The position numbers and the translations under genes are program-made. 64,000 nucleotides of DNA from the NCBI GenBank assembly GCA_963750165.1, contig CAVVPN010000011.1, forward strand, positions 896,001 to 960,000, given 5' to 3'. The notes under the pieces are model-generated. The model did not search any database. It was not told where the DNA came from and was given only the letters and a program-made list of their open reading frames with translations. Source of the stretch: an uncultured Gemmataceae bacterium. Lineage in GTDB: Bacteria; Planctomycetota; Planctomycetia; Gemmatales; Gemmataceae. Every line of letters starts with the position of its first letter. The first letter of the stretch is position 1. Of this stretch, positions 30,628 to 40,945 are shown in pieces.

Positions 30628-31610
30628 GGCTCTATCTGATAATAGGCGGCCGATCTACAATATCCTTGATTCCGGCCCACGAGTTCGGAAATTGCTCCCA
30701 GGAGTCTTCCCGTGCATCGCTACGAACTGACCGATGCCCAATGGGATCAGATCGCCGCCTACTTCCCCGATTGCGGCCATGACGGCGGTCCCGGAGCCCC
30801 CTGGAAAGACCACCGCCGGATGGTCAATGGCATTCTGTGGCACCTCCACACTGGCGCCCCGTGGCCAGACCTCCCCGAGCGCTACGGCCCGTGGAAGACC
30901 GTCTTCGACCGCTTCCAGCGCTGGCGCCGCGACGGTACGTGGGCGCAGATCCTGGACGCGCTGCTGTTGCGCTTGGACCGAGCCGGTCTCATCGACCGCG
31001 ACCTGTGGCTGGTCGATGCCACCGTCATCCGCGCCAGCCGTGCCGCCGCCGGGGCGAAAAAAAAATCCGCGGCAGCCGCACGTGCTGGCCGGCCCTGAGT
31101 CGCTGCAAGTGGTGGAGCCGAAAGACCATGCGCTGGGGCGATCCCAGGGAGGCTTCGGCACCAAGGTCCACCTGGTCTGCGACAGCCACGGCATCGTGTT
31201 GGCGGTCTGGGCTACCCCCGGCCAGCGGCACGAATCCCAAGCATTCGCGGTCGTCCTGCTGCGGGCGAAGCGGCCGCGGCGTGCGGGCCGCCCGCGCTGG
31301 CCCCGTCAGGTCGCAGGGGACAAAGGCTACAGTTACCCGGGCATCCGGCAGTGGCTCCGACGCCGCCACATCGGCGGCGTGATCCCGACCCGTAAGGACC
31401 AGGTGCGGGAGGAGTCCTTCGACAAGGCGGCCTACCGGCGGCGGAGCCGCATCGAGCAGGTGATCGGCTGGTACAAGGAGTGCCGCGCCTTGGGGACTCG
31501 TTACGAGAAACTGGCCGTCAATTATGTCGCCCTCTGGATGGTCGCCATCATCGACAAACTCCTTCACAAGTACTTAAAGTGGCTGAAAAACTAATTTATC
31601 AGATAGAGCC
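30628..31610 (+). mobile_element. IS5-family (IS427 group) insertion sequence
   Basis: Perfect TIRs GGCTCTATCTGATAA / TTATCAGATAGAGCC; TA target duplication. Confidence 0.93.
30712..31594 (+). CDS. IS5 transposase, orfA/orfB joined by a -1 frameshift at an A-run near 31060
   Basis: ELTDAQW, TGAPWPDLPERYGPWKTV, GRSQGGFGTKVHL, GDKGY, TRYEKLA motifs. Confidence 0.92.
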
Positions 31611-31686
31611 TAATGCCTGCTCAACGAACCAGAGCCATTGGCAACCTTGCTCGGCAACTGTTTGGAGGCGTCAGGGGGCAGTGTCC

Positions 31687-34600
31687 TCAAGGCACCGGCG
31701 GGCCACCGAGTTTCTCCAAGCGATCGCGGCGCTGCTGCCAGGTGGCGGCGTCGAGGACGCGAACCAGTCCGTGCTCGTCCAGCTCCTGGCAGGTAATGAC
31801 CTGGGTCCAGAGGAAAACCTGTTCCGGATTTCCACGAACTTGGGGGACCCGCCACAACCGCGCCATGCCGTCAAATGTCCCCGCCATGCCTTCATGACAT
31901 CCCGTCAGAACGGACTTGCCGTCTGGGCTGAAGGAGGCGACGAAAACGCTGCCTTGATGCAGCAGGGGTGGTCCGAGTTGCTTGCCCGTGGCCGCCTCCC
32001 AAAACCGTATCGTGTCAACGCTCCCCGTCATCAGGGTTTTGCCGTCGGGGCTGAAGGCCACGGATTTGACCTCGTCTGGATGTTGCAAGGGCAGTCCGAC
32101 CTGCTTTCCTGTGGCGACCTCCCAAAGCCGCGCCGTGTTGTCCCAGCTCCCCGTTAATACGGTCTTACCGTCCGGGCTAAAGGCAACCGCATTAACGCCG
32201 TTTTGATGCTGCAAGGGAGGTCCGAGCGGTTTGCCTGTCGCCGTCTCCCACAATCGCGCTGTCTTGTCAACGCTCCCCGTCAATACGGTCTTGCCGTCCG
32301 GGCTGAAGGCCACTGCCACAACCTGGCCTCGATGCAGCAGGGGTGGTCCGAGTTGCTTGCCCGTGGCGGCCTCCCACAGCAGCCCGCCGTCAGCCCCGGT
32401 CAGGACGATCTCGCCGTTTGGGCTGAAGGCCGCCGCATTAACGCCGTTTTTATGCAGCAGGGGTGGCCCGAGTTGCCTGCCCGTGGCGGCGTCCCACAGC
32501 CGCGCCGTGCGGTCATAACTCGCTGTCAGCAAGATCTTGCCGTCGGGGCTGAAGGCCACGGTTCTAACCCAGCCTTGATGCTGCAGGGGAATTCCGCGCT
32601 GTTTGCTTGTGGCCACCTGCCAAAGCCGTGCTGTCTTATCAGCGCTTCCCGTCAGCACGGTGTCGACGTCCTGACTGAAGGCCACGGCGCCAACCGTATC
32701 TTGATGCTGCAGTAGCCCGATCTGCTTGCCCGTGGCCGTTTCCCATAGCCGCGCCGTTTTGTCCCTGCTCCCCGTCAACGCGGTCTTGCTATCCCGGCTG
32801 AAGGCCACGGCCCAAACCTGGTCGCGATGCTGCAGGGGCAGTCCGGCCTGTTTGTGTGTGGCCGCCTCCCACAGCCGCGCCGTGTTATCCTGGCTTGCGG
32901 TCAGCACGGTCTTGCCGTCGGGGCTGAAGGCCACGGCCTTGACCCCGGCTTGATGCTGCAGGGGTAGCCCGAGTTGCCTGCCCGTGGTCGTCTGCCATAG
33001 CCGCGCCGTATTATCACTGCCACCCGTCAACACGGTCTTGCCGTCCGGACTGAAGGCCACGGCAAGAACCAGGTTTTGATGCCGCAAGGGTGGTCCGAGT
33101 TGCTTGCCGGTGGCCGTCTCCCACAATCGCGCTGTGCTGTCACTGCCTCCCGTGAGAACGGCCTTGCTGTCTGGGCTGAAGGTCACAGCATTAATCCCTC
33201 CTTGATGTTCCAGGAGTGGTCCGAGCGGCTTGGCTGTGGCCGTCTCCCACAGCAGCGCCGTGTTGTGAACGCTTCCTGTCACGACGGTCTTGCTGTCCGG
33301 GCTGAACGCGACGGCCGTAATCGTTCCGCCATGCTGCAGGGGTAGTCCGATGTGCTTGCGCGTGGTGGCATCCCACAGCCTCACGCTCAAATAGTCTGCC
33401 GTCAGCACGATGTTGCCGTTTGGGCTGAAGGCCACACGGTCGACCACGGATTGATGCTTCAGCGAAGGGCCGAGCTGCTTGCCCGTGGCCGTTTCCCAAA
33501 ATGTCGCCTCGCCTTTCCGGAAATTATCCGCAGCGCTGGCTGTCAGCAGGGTCGCGCCGTCCGGGCTGAAGGCCACGGCGTAAACGATGCCTTTATGATG
33601 CAGCGTTGGTCCGACTTGTTTGCCCGTGGTAGTCTTCCACAGCCGCACCACGTCAGAGGCGCCCGTGACGAAGGTATCGCCGTCGGGGCTGAAGGCCACG
33701 GTCCTAACCCCCCCGCCTTGATTCTGCATGGGCGGACCGAGCGGCTTGCCGGTGGCCGTCTCCCACAGCCGCGCCGTCTGGTCGTCGCTGCCCGTCAGCA
33801 GCGTCTTGCCGTCCGGGCTGAAGGCCATGGCCATCACGACGCCTTGATGAGAACACGCTGCGCGCAATGGGCGCACGTCCTGGGACCACGCGCCCAGGTG
33901 CAATAAGATCGAATCCGCCACGGATTGATCCTTTAGCGCGACGGCTCCGGACAATAGTTGCGCGGCCCCAAGCATGGCCACGGGGGTTTCCTCCCGAGAT
34001 CGAAAATAAATACGGTCGAAGCGAGCCTGCAACTCGTTCTTGATTGCCAGGGCCAGGGCCTCCTTCGTCTTGCCCTGCTCCTTTTCCAGGATTACGCGGG
34101 CCTCGGTTTCCGCCGTCGCCTTGGCGGCCTCCGCGTCGCGGGCGTCGGAAATCGCTTTCACCGCAACCTTGCGCTGCTCCGCTTCGTCCTTCCTCGCCTG
34201 TTCGGTCTTGTCCCGTTGGTCGAGCGCATCGACGAGGCCGCACGTTGTCCCGACGATGCCGGCCAGCAACGTTGTGAGCACGATGGCTGCCGCCGTCACC
34301 GTGCCGCGGTTGCGTTTGACGAATTTGCTCAGCCGATACCCGGCCGACGGCGGTCGTGCTTCCACGGCTTCATCCGCCAGATAGCGCTGGATGTCGCGGG
34401 CCAGGCCGCTGGCCGTTTCGTAGCGCCGCTCACGCTTTTTCTCCAGGCACTTCATCACGACCCAGTCGAGTTCACCACTCAACATCGCCATCAGCTTTTT
34501 CGGCTCCGTCTGCCGAAGCGCCGCCAGCGACGCCAACGCCTCATTGGTCGAGAGCCGCGTACTGGGCCGCGCCGGATCCTCCTCGCGGATCATACGGATC

Positions 34601-35550
34601 ATCTCCGTCAGCGCTGCCTTTTTCATACGCACAGCGTCGAGCGGCTTTAGCCCCGTTAGCAACTCGTAGAGAATCACGCCCAGGGAGTAGATGTCTGCTC
34701 GGGTGTCAATGTCCTCGCCGGAAAACCCTGCCTGTTCCGGCGACATGTACTCGAACGTGCCGATCACGGCGCCGAAGTGCGTGGACACCGATTCGTCGGT
34801 GAGTTTGCCCGCCGTTGCCTTCGCCACGCCAAAGTCGATCACCTTGGGTACCGGCCTCGCGTCAATCAACGTTACCAGGATGTTGGCCGGCTTGAGGTCG
34901 CGGTGAACGATGCCTTTTTGATGCGCGTGCTGCACCGCCTGGCAGATCGGCACGAACAGTTCCAGCCGCTCTTTCGGCGTCAGCCTGGCTTCGTCGCAGA
35001 ACCTGGTCAGCGGCAGGCCGTTGACCAGTTCCATGACGAAAAACGGCTGACCAGTCGGCGTCATGCCGCCATCGAGCACGCGGGCGATATTCGGATGATC
35101 CATCAGCGCCAGCGCCTGCCGTTCCTGCTCGAAACGCGATAGCACCGCTTTGGAGTCCATGCCGGTCTTGATGAGTTTCAAAGCCACCTTGCGCTTGACC
35201 GGCTCGGTCTGTTTGGCGACCCAGACCTCACCCATGCCGCCTTCGCCGAGCTTCTGTTGCAATGTGTAGCGGCCGGCGACGACCAGGCCGGGCTCAAACT
35301 GCGGGCGGTAGTCGCTGGTGGCGTCGGGATGGGGTGACGGTCCGCCCGGATCGGAATCGACGGTCGCATCTCCTGTCTCGGCTCGCGGTAACGGCGAGGC
35401 GTCGTTGGCCCGAAGTAGGGCCTCGACCCGGCCACGAAGTTCGGCGTCGCCGCCGCACTCGCGCTCCAGATAGGCGGCACGTTCCGCCGGATCGGCGAGG
35501 TCCGATGCGGCCAGGAACAAGGATTTCGCTCGCGCGGCATCGACCGCCAT
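31687..35550 (-). CDS. Hanks-type Ser/Thr kinase with TM helix and about 15 WD40 repeats
   Basis: GEGGMG, VALK, HRDLKPAN, DFG, YMSPE; 42-aa repeats H...V.AVAFSPDGKTVLTGS.D.TARLW. Confidence 0.95.
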   Translation of the reverse strand: MAVDAARAKSLFLAASDLADPAERAAYLERECGGDAELRGRVEALLRANDASPLPRAETGDATVDSDPGGPSPHPDATSDYRPQFEPGLVVAGRYTLQQKLGEGGMGEVWVAKQTEPVKRKVALKLIKTGMDSKAVLSRFEQERQALALMDHPNIARVLDGGMTPTGQPFFVMELVNGLPLTRFCDEARLTPKERLELFVPICQAVQHAHQKGIVHRDLKPANILVTLIDARPVPKVIDFGVAKATAGKLTDESVSTHFGAVIGTFEYMSPEQAGFSGEDIDTRADIYSLGVILYELLTGLKPLDAVRMKKAALTEMIRMIREEDPARPSTRLSTNEALASLAALRQTEPKKLMAMLSGELDWVVMKCLEKKRERRYETASGLARDIQRYLADEAVEARPPSAGYRLSKFVKRNRGTVTAAAIVLTTLLAGIVGTTCGLVDALDQRDKTEQARKDEAEQRKVAVKAISDARDAEAAKATAETEARVILEKEQGKTKEALALAIKNELQARFDRIYFRSREETPVAMLGAAQLLSGAVALKDQSVADSILLHLGAWSQDVRPLRAACSHQGVVMAMAFSPDGKTLLTGSDDQTARLWETATGKPLGPPMQNQGGGVRTVAFSPDGDTFVTGASDVVRLWKTTTGKQVGPTLHHKGIVYAVAFSPDGATLLTASAADNFRKGEATFWETATGKQLGPSLKHQSVVDRVAFSPNGNIVLTADYLSVRLWDATTRKHIGLPLQHGGTITAVAFSPDSKTVVTGSVHNTALLWETATAKPLGPLLEHQGGINAVTFSPDSKAVLTGGSDSTARLWETATGKQLGPPLRHQNLVLAVAFSPDGKTVLTGGSDNTARLWQTTTGRQLGLPLQHQAGVKAVAFSPDGKTVLTASQDNTARLWEAATHKQAGLPLQHRDQVWAVAFSRDSKTALTGSRDKTARLWETATGKQIGLLQHQDTVGAVAFSQDVDTVLTGSADKTARLWQVATSKQRGIPLQHQGWVRTVAFSPDGKILLTASYDRTARLWDAATGRQLGPPLLHKNGVNAAAFSPNGEIVLTGADGGLLWEAATGKQLGPPLLHRGQVVAVAFSPDGKTVLTGSVDKTARLWETATGKPLGPPLQHQNGVNAVAFSPDGKTVLTGSWDNTARLWEVATGKQVGLPLQHPDEVKSVAFSPDGKTLMTGSVDTIRFWEAATGKQLGPPLLHQGSVFVASFSPDGKSVLTGCHEGMAGTFDGMARLWRVPQVRGNPEQVFLWTQVITCQELDEHGLVRVLDAATWQQRRDRLEKLGGPPVP

Positions 35551-35646
35551 GGTTCACCTCTGGGATCGGTATGATTCTGACTGTCCCAGCGAGGGGGGAT
35601 ACTCTCAATGCCCCATCCGGGGGAAAAGTGTCTCGCGGATTCTGAG

Positions 35647-36192
35647 TTATTTTTCCAGAGCCTCGCGAAGCCAAGCCCGCGCGTATTTCCAGTTCCGATA
35701 AGCCGCCGCGCGCGAGAGCCCCAATGCCTCGCCCACCTCGCTGACGGAGATGCCACCGAAGAGGCAGAGGTGAGCGACCTGTGCCGCGGCGGCATCCTCC
35801 TCGCCGAGTCGGGTGAGCAGTTCGTCCAGCGACAGGATGAGGTCGGGATCCTCGGCGAGGAAACCGATCTGATCGAGCAACTCGAGCCGAACCCGCCCGC
35901 CACCCCGCTTCAGCCGTTTCCGGTCTCGGGCGTGGTTGACCAGGATCCGCCGCATCGCTTCCGCCGCAGCCGTGAAGAAGTGCCCGCGGCCGTTGAACTG
36001 CTGGTCGCCGACCAACCGCAGATAGGCTTCATGGACCAGGGCGGTCGCGTTGAGAATGTGGCCTGGCGCTTCGGCGGCCATCTTCGCGACGGCGAGTTTC
36101 CGCAATTCGTCATAGACGAGGGGGAGCAATTCCGCGGCGGCTTGGCGGTCCCCCTTCTGGGCAGCTTCGATGAGTTGGCTCAGATCAGACAT
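35647..36192 (-). CDS. ECF sigma factor of the kinase-associated planctomycete type
   Basis: LLPLVYDELRKLA, TALVHEAYLRL, AAAEAMRRILV, KRGGG, W.YARAWL. Confidence 0.93.
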   Translation of the reverse strand: MSDLSQLIEAAQKGDRQAAAELLPLVYDELRKLAVAKMAAEAPGHILNATALVHEAYLRLVGDQQFNGRGHFFTAAAEAMRRILVNHARDRKRLKRGGGRVRLELLDQIGFLAEDPDLILSLDELLTRLGEEDAAAAQVAHLCLFGGISVSEVGEALGLSRAAAYRNWKYARAWLREALEK

Positions 36193-36468
36193 AAAGGCTT
36201 AGTTTACAGACCGTTGAGTGGCCCGCAACTGAACGAGGATGGAGAACTGAGCATCAGCTTGTCTTTAGGATCGTCGCCTCACACCGCGCCGAGCCGCTTC
36301 GCCTCTTCGTGATTCGCCGGGCCGACATCGGCCCAACCGAGGCTTGTCGCAAGCCCATAGACGCCATCGGCACCGCACTGAGAGCCGACGAGCGGATCTT
36401 CGACGGATGCCTCGCCGTCGAGCGGTATTGCTGGCCGGTCGGCACGTTGCGCGCCTCGGTCCGACACG

Positions 36469-36570
36469 CGAATGGCACGTAGATCTCGAAAAAATCGTCA
36501 TAATGGAAAAGCTGGGTAGCTACCCAGCTTGCCCAGTTTCAAGAAAAAAGGCAGATCTACGTGCCATTCG
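36469..36570. repeat. Nested palindrome: 18-bp inverted repeat around a perfect 22-bp palindrome
   Basis: CGAATGGCACGTAGATCT (36469-36486) / AGATCTACGTGCCATTCG (36553-36570); AAGCTGGGTAGCTACCCAGCTT (36509-36530). Confidence 0.9.
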
Positions 36571-36979
36571 TCCGACACGCCGACGCTGGTTGCGCTGGCC
36601 GATGTGCCGAATGGCACGTAGATTAGTCGAAACCCTTGTGCAGTAGCAACTTGTGCTTCGGCGCCAACTTCGGCGCCGAAGCGCCGAAAACGCGGCGCCG
36701 TTCGTCGCAGCCGGAAAAACATCAAGGGCTTTGGGGGTCAGATGTTACAGCCGACCACCTGTCAAGGCCATAACTACTTATTCAAAAACAGCTTACGAAG
36801 AACTAAGTGCCATTCGTCGATGTGACCTGTGCACCTGGCACTACGGCTCGAACTCACGTCGGGTGGGGCGGACCGACGCGCGCAAGGTTAGTTTAGCAAC
36901 CTGCCCAGCAACCGCACCCGGAGCGGACGCGGCTTACCCCCACGAAATTCCCGTTTCAGATCGGTAGGGCCTACTTGTT

Positions 36980-37150
36980 TTGACGGCGGCGGCGACCTTG
37001 ACCAGGCCCAGCGCGTGGATGAGGTGGCGTGGCAGCGGCTGGCCGGAGATGGGAAAGTTCTCGACGGCGCTGCGTCTGGGCGCCGTAGTACGCTTGGGCC
37101 GGGAACCTCACGTCGCCCATCGAATCGCGTTCGGTGCGGAACTCGCTCAC
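36980..37150 (-). pseudogene. fumC: 5' fragment of class II fumarate hydratase
   Basis: SEFRTERDSMGDVRFPAQAYYGAQTQR, then after a frameshift VENFPISG.PLP..LIHALGLVK; rest absent. Confidence 0.75.
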
Positions 37151-37249
37151 GGCTGGCTTCTCCCGAGGAGGACTGCGAATCCTCTTCGGGAGTCGTAATA
37201 ACAATCGTGCCGGAAGAAAGCGGGCGGTGGTCGAGCGTGGTGGCGTCGC

Positions 37250-39025
37250 TTAGCCGTTGGTGAAGAACTCCGGCCCCGCCAGGAACTCCGCCTCCAGCGT
37301 CAGCAGGTCCAGCGGCAGGCCGGCCAGGCTCGACAGTTCCGCGGCCGACGCCGGCCGGTGCAGCAGGCTCTGGAAGTCGCCCGCCACCACGTTGGAGCGA
37401 TGCTCCGCCGAGTTGGTGAACGCCGCCGCCACGCCCTGCAATCCCAACCCGGGCAGCGCACCGTACCAGCCGGCCAGCTCGGCGGCGCTGCCGGTGCGGC
37501 CCAGCGTCAGCCGGTACAGCGCCTGCACGTAATCCGTGTCGATGTGCCCCAGGAACTCCGGCGAACTGAGGAAGGCGGCCTGCACGTTCTCCGCGCTGGC
37601 CCCCGACTGCAACTCGGTGATCCAGCCCGCGCGGCCGGCGTCGGACTGCCGGCCCAGGTACTGCAGGTAGTAGCCGTCGATGACGCGGCCCAGCGCCTCG
37701 CGGGAGCGGAGGATGCCGTTGACGATGTTTTTTTGGTTGACGTTAGGGATGGCCAGCCAGCCGTCCAGCTCGGCGAGTGTGCCGCTGCGCCCCAGCGCGT
37801 CGTTGTACAGCGTCTGCACAAACGCCCGGTTGGCGTTCAGCGGAGCGCTGACATCGATGACGCCGTTGCCGGTGACGGAGCCGGACACGCCGTCGTCGAT
37901 CACCAGATTGGGCGCGGCCCCGAAGATATTGTTCCGGGCGGGCAGGGTCGCACCTGAGGAAGTCTCGAGCAGCAAGATAGCGGCCGAGGTTAGGGTGCCC
38001 AGGGTGGTGAAGCCGCGGAAGTCGTTGCCGCCCAGGCTGCCGAGCGCACCGCCGCCGAGGTCGGCGTTGACGTTGGCGTCGTTGCTGTCGGTGCCCTGGA
38101 ACAACACTCCGTATTTGTCGCCGTGGAAATCATTCCCCTGCACCAACACGGTCAAGTTGGCCTGGTTGAATGGATAGAGGAGCAACCCAGAGCCTTGGTT
38201 GCCGGTATCGATCGTGTTGTTCAGGATCCGAGCAAAAGCGACTGCCGAGGCGTCCCCGGTGACCATTAACATGCCGCGGGGACCGAAGCCGCCGGTCAAG
38301 GAGATGCTGTTGTTGGCGACGACCACGGGCGCGGCCGCGGTCCCGCTGTCTCGCACATAGATGGCAAGAGATCCTCCATCCACGCTAATGAAACTGTTGG
38401 ACTGGACCAACAGGCCCGTGTCATTGCTGGCGGCCAACATCTCAATCGCGGGGCCGGTAAACGTGTTGAACGTGACCACGTCGTTGGTGGCCGTGCCCCC
38501 CGTGTCGCCGCTCAGGGAGACCGCGCCGGTGATCCGGTTCTGGGTAATGGTGTTGCCGCCGTTACCCGCCGCCGCCGTCAACTCGGTGATGGTGTTGACC
38601 AGCGAACGCTGCACCGTCATCGCGCCGATCTCGGCGGAGATCGTCACCGTGCCAAGATTCAGGTTCAGGAGGCGGACGCCGGGGGCGGTGATGTTGAGGT
38701 CGTAACTGGGCAGGATGTCGCCCGGGATGTTGGGGTCGCCCTGGATCAGGACCCCCGTCTGAAAGACGTTGACGGGGCCGGGGTCGGGTTGGACGCCGGG
38801 CTCGATGGTGATCGTGCCGCCGTTGCCCGCCAGGGACATGGCGTTGCCGGCGAGGGCGTGGAAGTGCGTGCCGTCGAGCGGCACCGTGTAGGGGACGACG
38901 AACACGCTCGCCGGCACGGCGCGCCCCTCCAGGCGCTCCAGGGTCAGGCGCGCGCGCCGGGGGAAGGGACGCCGGCCGCTGGCCGCGCCCTGTTGACGAG
39001 ATGGCAAATGCGTAAACCAGGTCAT
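37250..39025 (-). CDS. Surface protein (planctomycete extracellular signal, beta-helix, DUF4214-like), copy 1
   Basis: LTLERLEGR motif, Asn/Thr-rich NN.I repeats, FVQ.LY..ALGR...W repeats. Confidence 0.85.
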   Translation of the reverse strand: MTWFTHLPSRQQGAASGRRPFPRRARLTLERLEGRAVPASVFVVPYTVPLDGTHFHALAGNAMSLAGNGGTITIEPGVQPDPGPVNVFQTGVLIQGDPNIPGDILPSYDLNITAPGVRLLNLNLGTVTISAEIGAMTVQRSLVNTITELTAAAGNGGNTITQNRITGAVSLSGDTGGTATNDVVTFNTFTGPAIEMLAASNDTGLLVQSNSFISVDGGSLAIYVRDSGTAAAPVVVANNSISLTGGFGPRGMLMVTGDASAVAFARILNNTIDTGNQGSGLLLYPFNQANLTVLVQGNDFHGDKYGVLFQGTDSNDANVNADLGGGALGSLGGNDFRGFTTLGTLTSAAILLLETSSGATLPARNNIFGAAPNLVIDDGVSGSVTGNGVIDVSAPLNANRAFVQTLYNDALGRSGTLAELDGWLAIPNVNQKNIVNGILRSREALGRVIDGYYLQYLGRQSDAGRAGWITELQSGASAENVQAAFLSSPEFLGHIDTDYVQALYRLTLGRTGSAAELAGWYGALPGLGLQGVAAAFTNSAEHRSNVVAGDFQSLLHRPASAAELSSLAGLPLDLLTLEAEFLAGPEFFTNG

Positions 39026-39099
39026 GACGGATCCTTTCCAGGGTCACAGCCGCGCGCAGGCGGGACGCCTGCACCTCGGAAGGAGAAGCGGGTCGCCGC

Positions 39100-40875
39100 T
39101 CAGCCGTTGGTGAAGAACTCCGGGCTCGACAACACCGCTGCCTCCAGCGTCAGCAGGTCCATCGGCAGGCCGGTCAGACTCGACAGTTCCGCGGCCGACG
39201 CCGGCCGGTGCAGCAGCGTCAGGAAGTCGCCCGCCACCACCTGAGACCGGTGCTCCGCCGAGTTGGTGAACGCCGCCGCCACGCCCTGCAGCCCCAGCTG
39301 CGGCAGCACGGTGTACCAGCCGGCCAGCTCGGCGGCGGCGCCGGTGCGGCCCAGCGTCAGCCGGTACAGCGCCTGCACGTAATCCGTGTCGATGTGCCCC
39401 AGGAACTCCGGCGAACTCAGGAAGGCGGCCTGCACGTTCTCCGCGCTGACCCCCGACTGCAGCAGGTTGATCCAGCCTTCGCGGCCGGCGTCGGACTGTC
39501 GGCCCAGGTACTGCAGGTAGTAGCCGTCCACGACCCGGCCCAGCGCCTCTCTGGAGCGGAGGATGCCGTTGACGATGACCGCCTGGTTGACGTTGGGGAT
39601 GGCCAGCCAGCCGTCCAGCTCCGCCAGCGTGCCGCTGCGCCCCAGCGCGTCGTTGTACAGCGCCTGCACGAAGGCCCGGCCGGCGCTCAGCGAGGAACTG
39701 ACGTCGATGACGCCGGTGCCGGTGGCGGCGCCGGACACGCTATCGTCGATCACCAGGTTCGGCGCGGCCCCGAAGATATTGTTCCGGGCGGGCAGGGTCG
39801 CACCCGAGGAAATGTTGAAAAGCACGATGGCGGCCGAGGACTGGGTGCCCAGGGTGGTGAAGCCGCGGAAGTCGTTGCCGCCCAGACTGCCGAGCGAACC
39901 GCCGCCGAGGTCGGCGTTGACGTTGGCATTGTTGCTGTCGGCGTCCAGTAAATACACTCCGAATTTGTCGCCGTGGAAATCGTTCCCCTGCACTAACACG
40001 CTGAAATTGGCCTGGTAGCCTGGGTCGAGGATCAGCCCAATGCCTTGGTTGCCGGTATTGATCGTGTTGTTCACGATCCGAGCAAAAGTAACCAAGGGGG
40101 CTGGCAGAGTCACATCAATGCCGTCGGGAACACCGGTGCCGGTCAAGGAGATGGTGTTGTTGGCGATGACTACCGGCGCGGCCGCCGTACCGCTGTTTTG
40201 CAATCTAATGGCCTGCTGATAATCGCTGCTGCCAATAAAGCTGTTGGACTGGATCAACAGGCCCATTTCATTTTGGGCGTACAAGATCATACCGGCGTTG
40301 CTGGCAAACGCGTTGAATGTGACGATATCATCGGTCACAGCGAATCCGCTGTTGCCGTTCAGGAAGACGTTGCCCGTGATCTGGTTCTGAGTAATGGTGT
40401 TGGAACCATTGCCCGACACGGCGGCCGTCTCGTTGATATTGTAGACCAGCGTGTGCTTCACCGTGGTCGTGTTGACGCCGGCCCCAATGGTCACCGTGCC
40501 GAGCCGCAGATTCAGGAGACTGACGCCGCTGGCGTTGACGTTGATGTCGTAGCTGGGCAGGATGTCGCCTGGGATGTTGGGGTCGCCCCGGATCACCACC
40601 GCCCCCTGGGTGACTGTGACTGCCCCTGGGTCAGGGATGGCGCCGGGCTCGATGGTCACCCTGCCGAGGGTGCCGGCCGCGGGCAGCGCGGCAGTCAGCG
40701 CGTGGAAGTGTGTGGCATCGAGCGGCACGGCGAGTGGGACGACGAACACGTTGGCCGTCAACAGGGTGCGCTCCTCCAGGCGCTCCAGGGACAGGGGCGT
40801 ACGTTTCTGGGAGGGACGCCGGGCGTGAGCCTGCGCGGCCCGCTGCCGAGACTGTGAACGGGTAAACCAGGTCAT
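39100..40875 (-). CDS. Surface protein, DUF4214-like, copy 2
   Basis: Same architecture; 591 aa. Confidence 0.85.
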   Translation of the reverse strand: MTWFTRSQSRQRAAQAHARRPSQKRTPLSLERLEERTLLTANVFVVPLAVPLDATHFHALTAALPAAGTLGRVTIEPGAIPDPGAVTVTQGAVVIRGDPNIPGDILPSYDINVNASGVSLLNLRLGTVTIGAGVNTTTVKHTLVYNINETAAVSGNGSNTITQNQITGNVFLNGNSGFAVTDDIVTFNAFASNAGMILYAQNEMGLLIQSNSFIGSSDYQQAIRLQNSGTAAAPVVIANNTISLTGTGVPDGIDVTLPAPLVTFARIVNNTINTGNQGIGLILDPGYQANFSVLVQGNDFHGDKFGVYLLDADSNNANVNADLGGGSLGSLGGNDFRGFTTLGTQSSAAIVLFNISSGATLPARNNIFGAAPNLVIDDSVSGAATGTGVIDVSSSLSAGRAFVQALYNDALGRSGTLAELDGWLAIPNVNQAVIVNGILRSREALGRVVDGYYLQYLGRQSDAGREGWINLLQSGVSAENVQAAFLSSPEFLGHIDTDYVQALYRLTLGRTGAAAELAGWYTVLPQLGLQGVAAAFTNSAEHRSQVVAGDFLTLLHRPASAAELSSLTGLPMDLLTLEAAVLSSPEFFTNG

Positions 40876-40945
40876 GACGGATCCTTTCCAGGTGTCACAC
40901 CCGCGGCAGGCGCGACGCCCGCGCCACGAAAGAAGATGCCGCCGC

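Noticed and set aside
15365..31066. A-run frameshifts in the ISAzo13 (near 15370) and IS5 (near 31060) transposases as errors
   Set aside because: They match the two-ORF, slippery A-run organisation common in IS transposases, so they are treated as programmed
36440..36890. CRISPR array
   Set aside because: Repeats are few, in mixed orientation and irregularly spaced; no cas genes in the window
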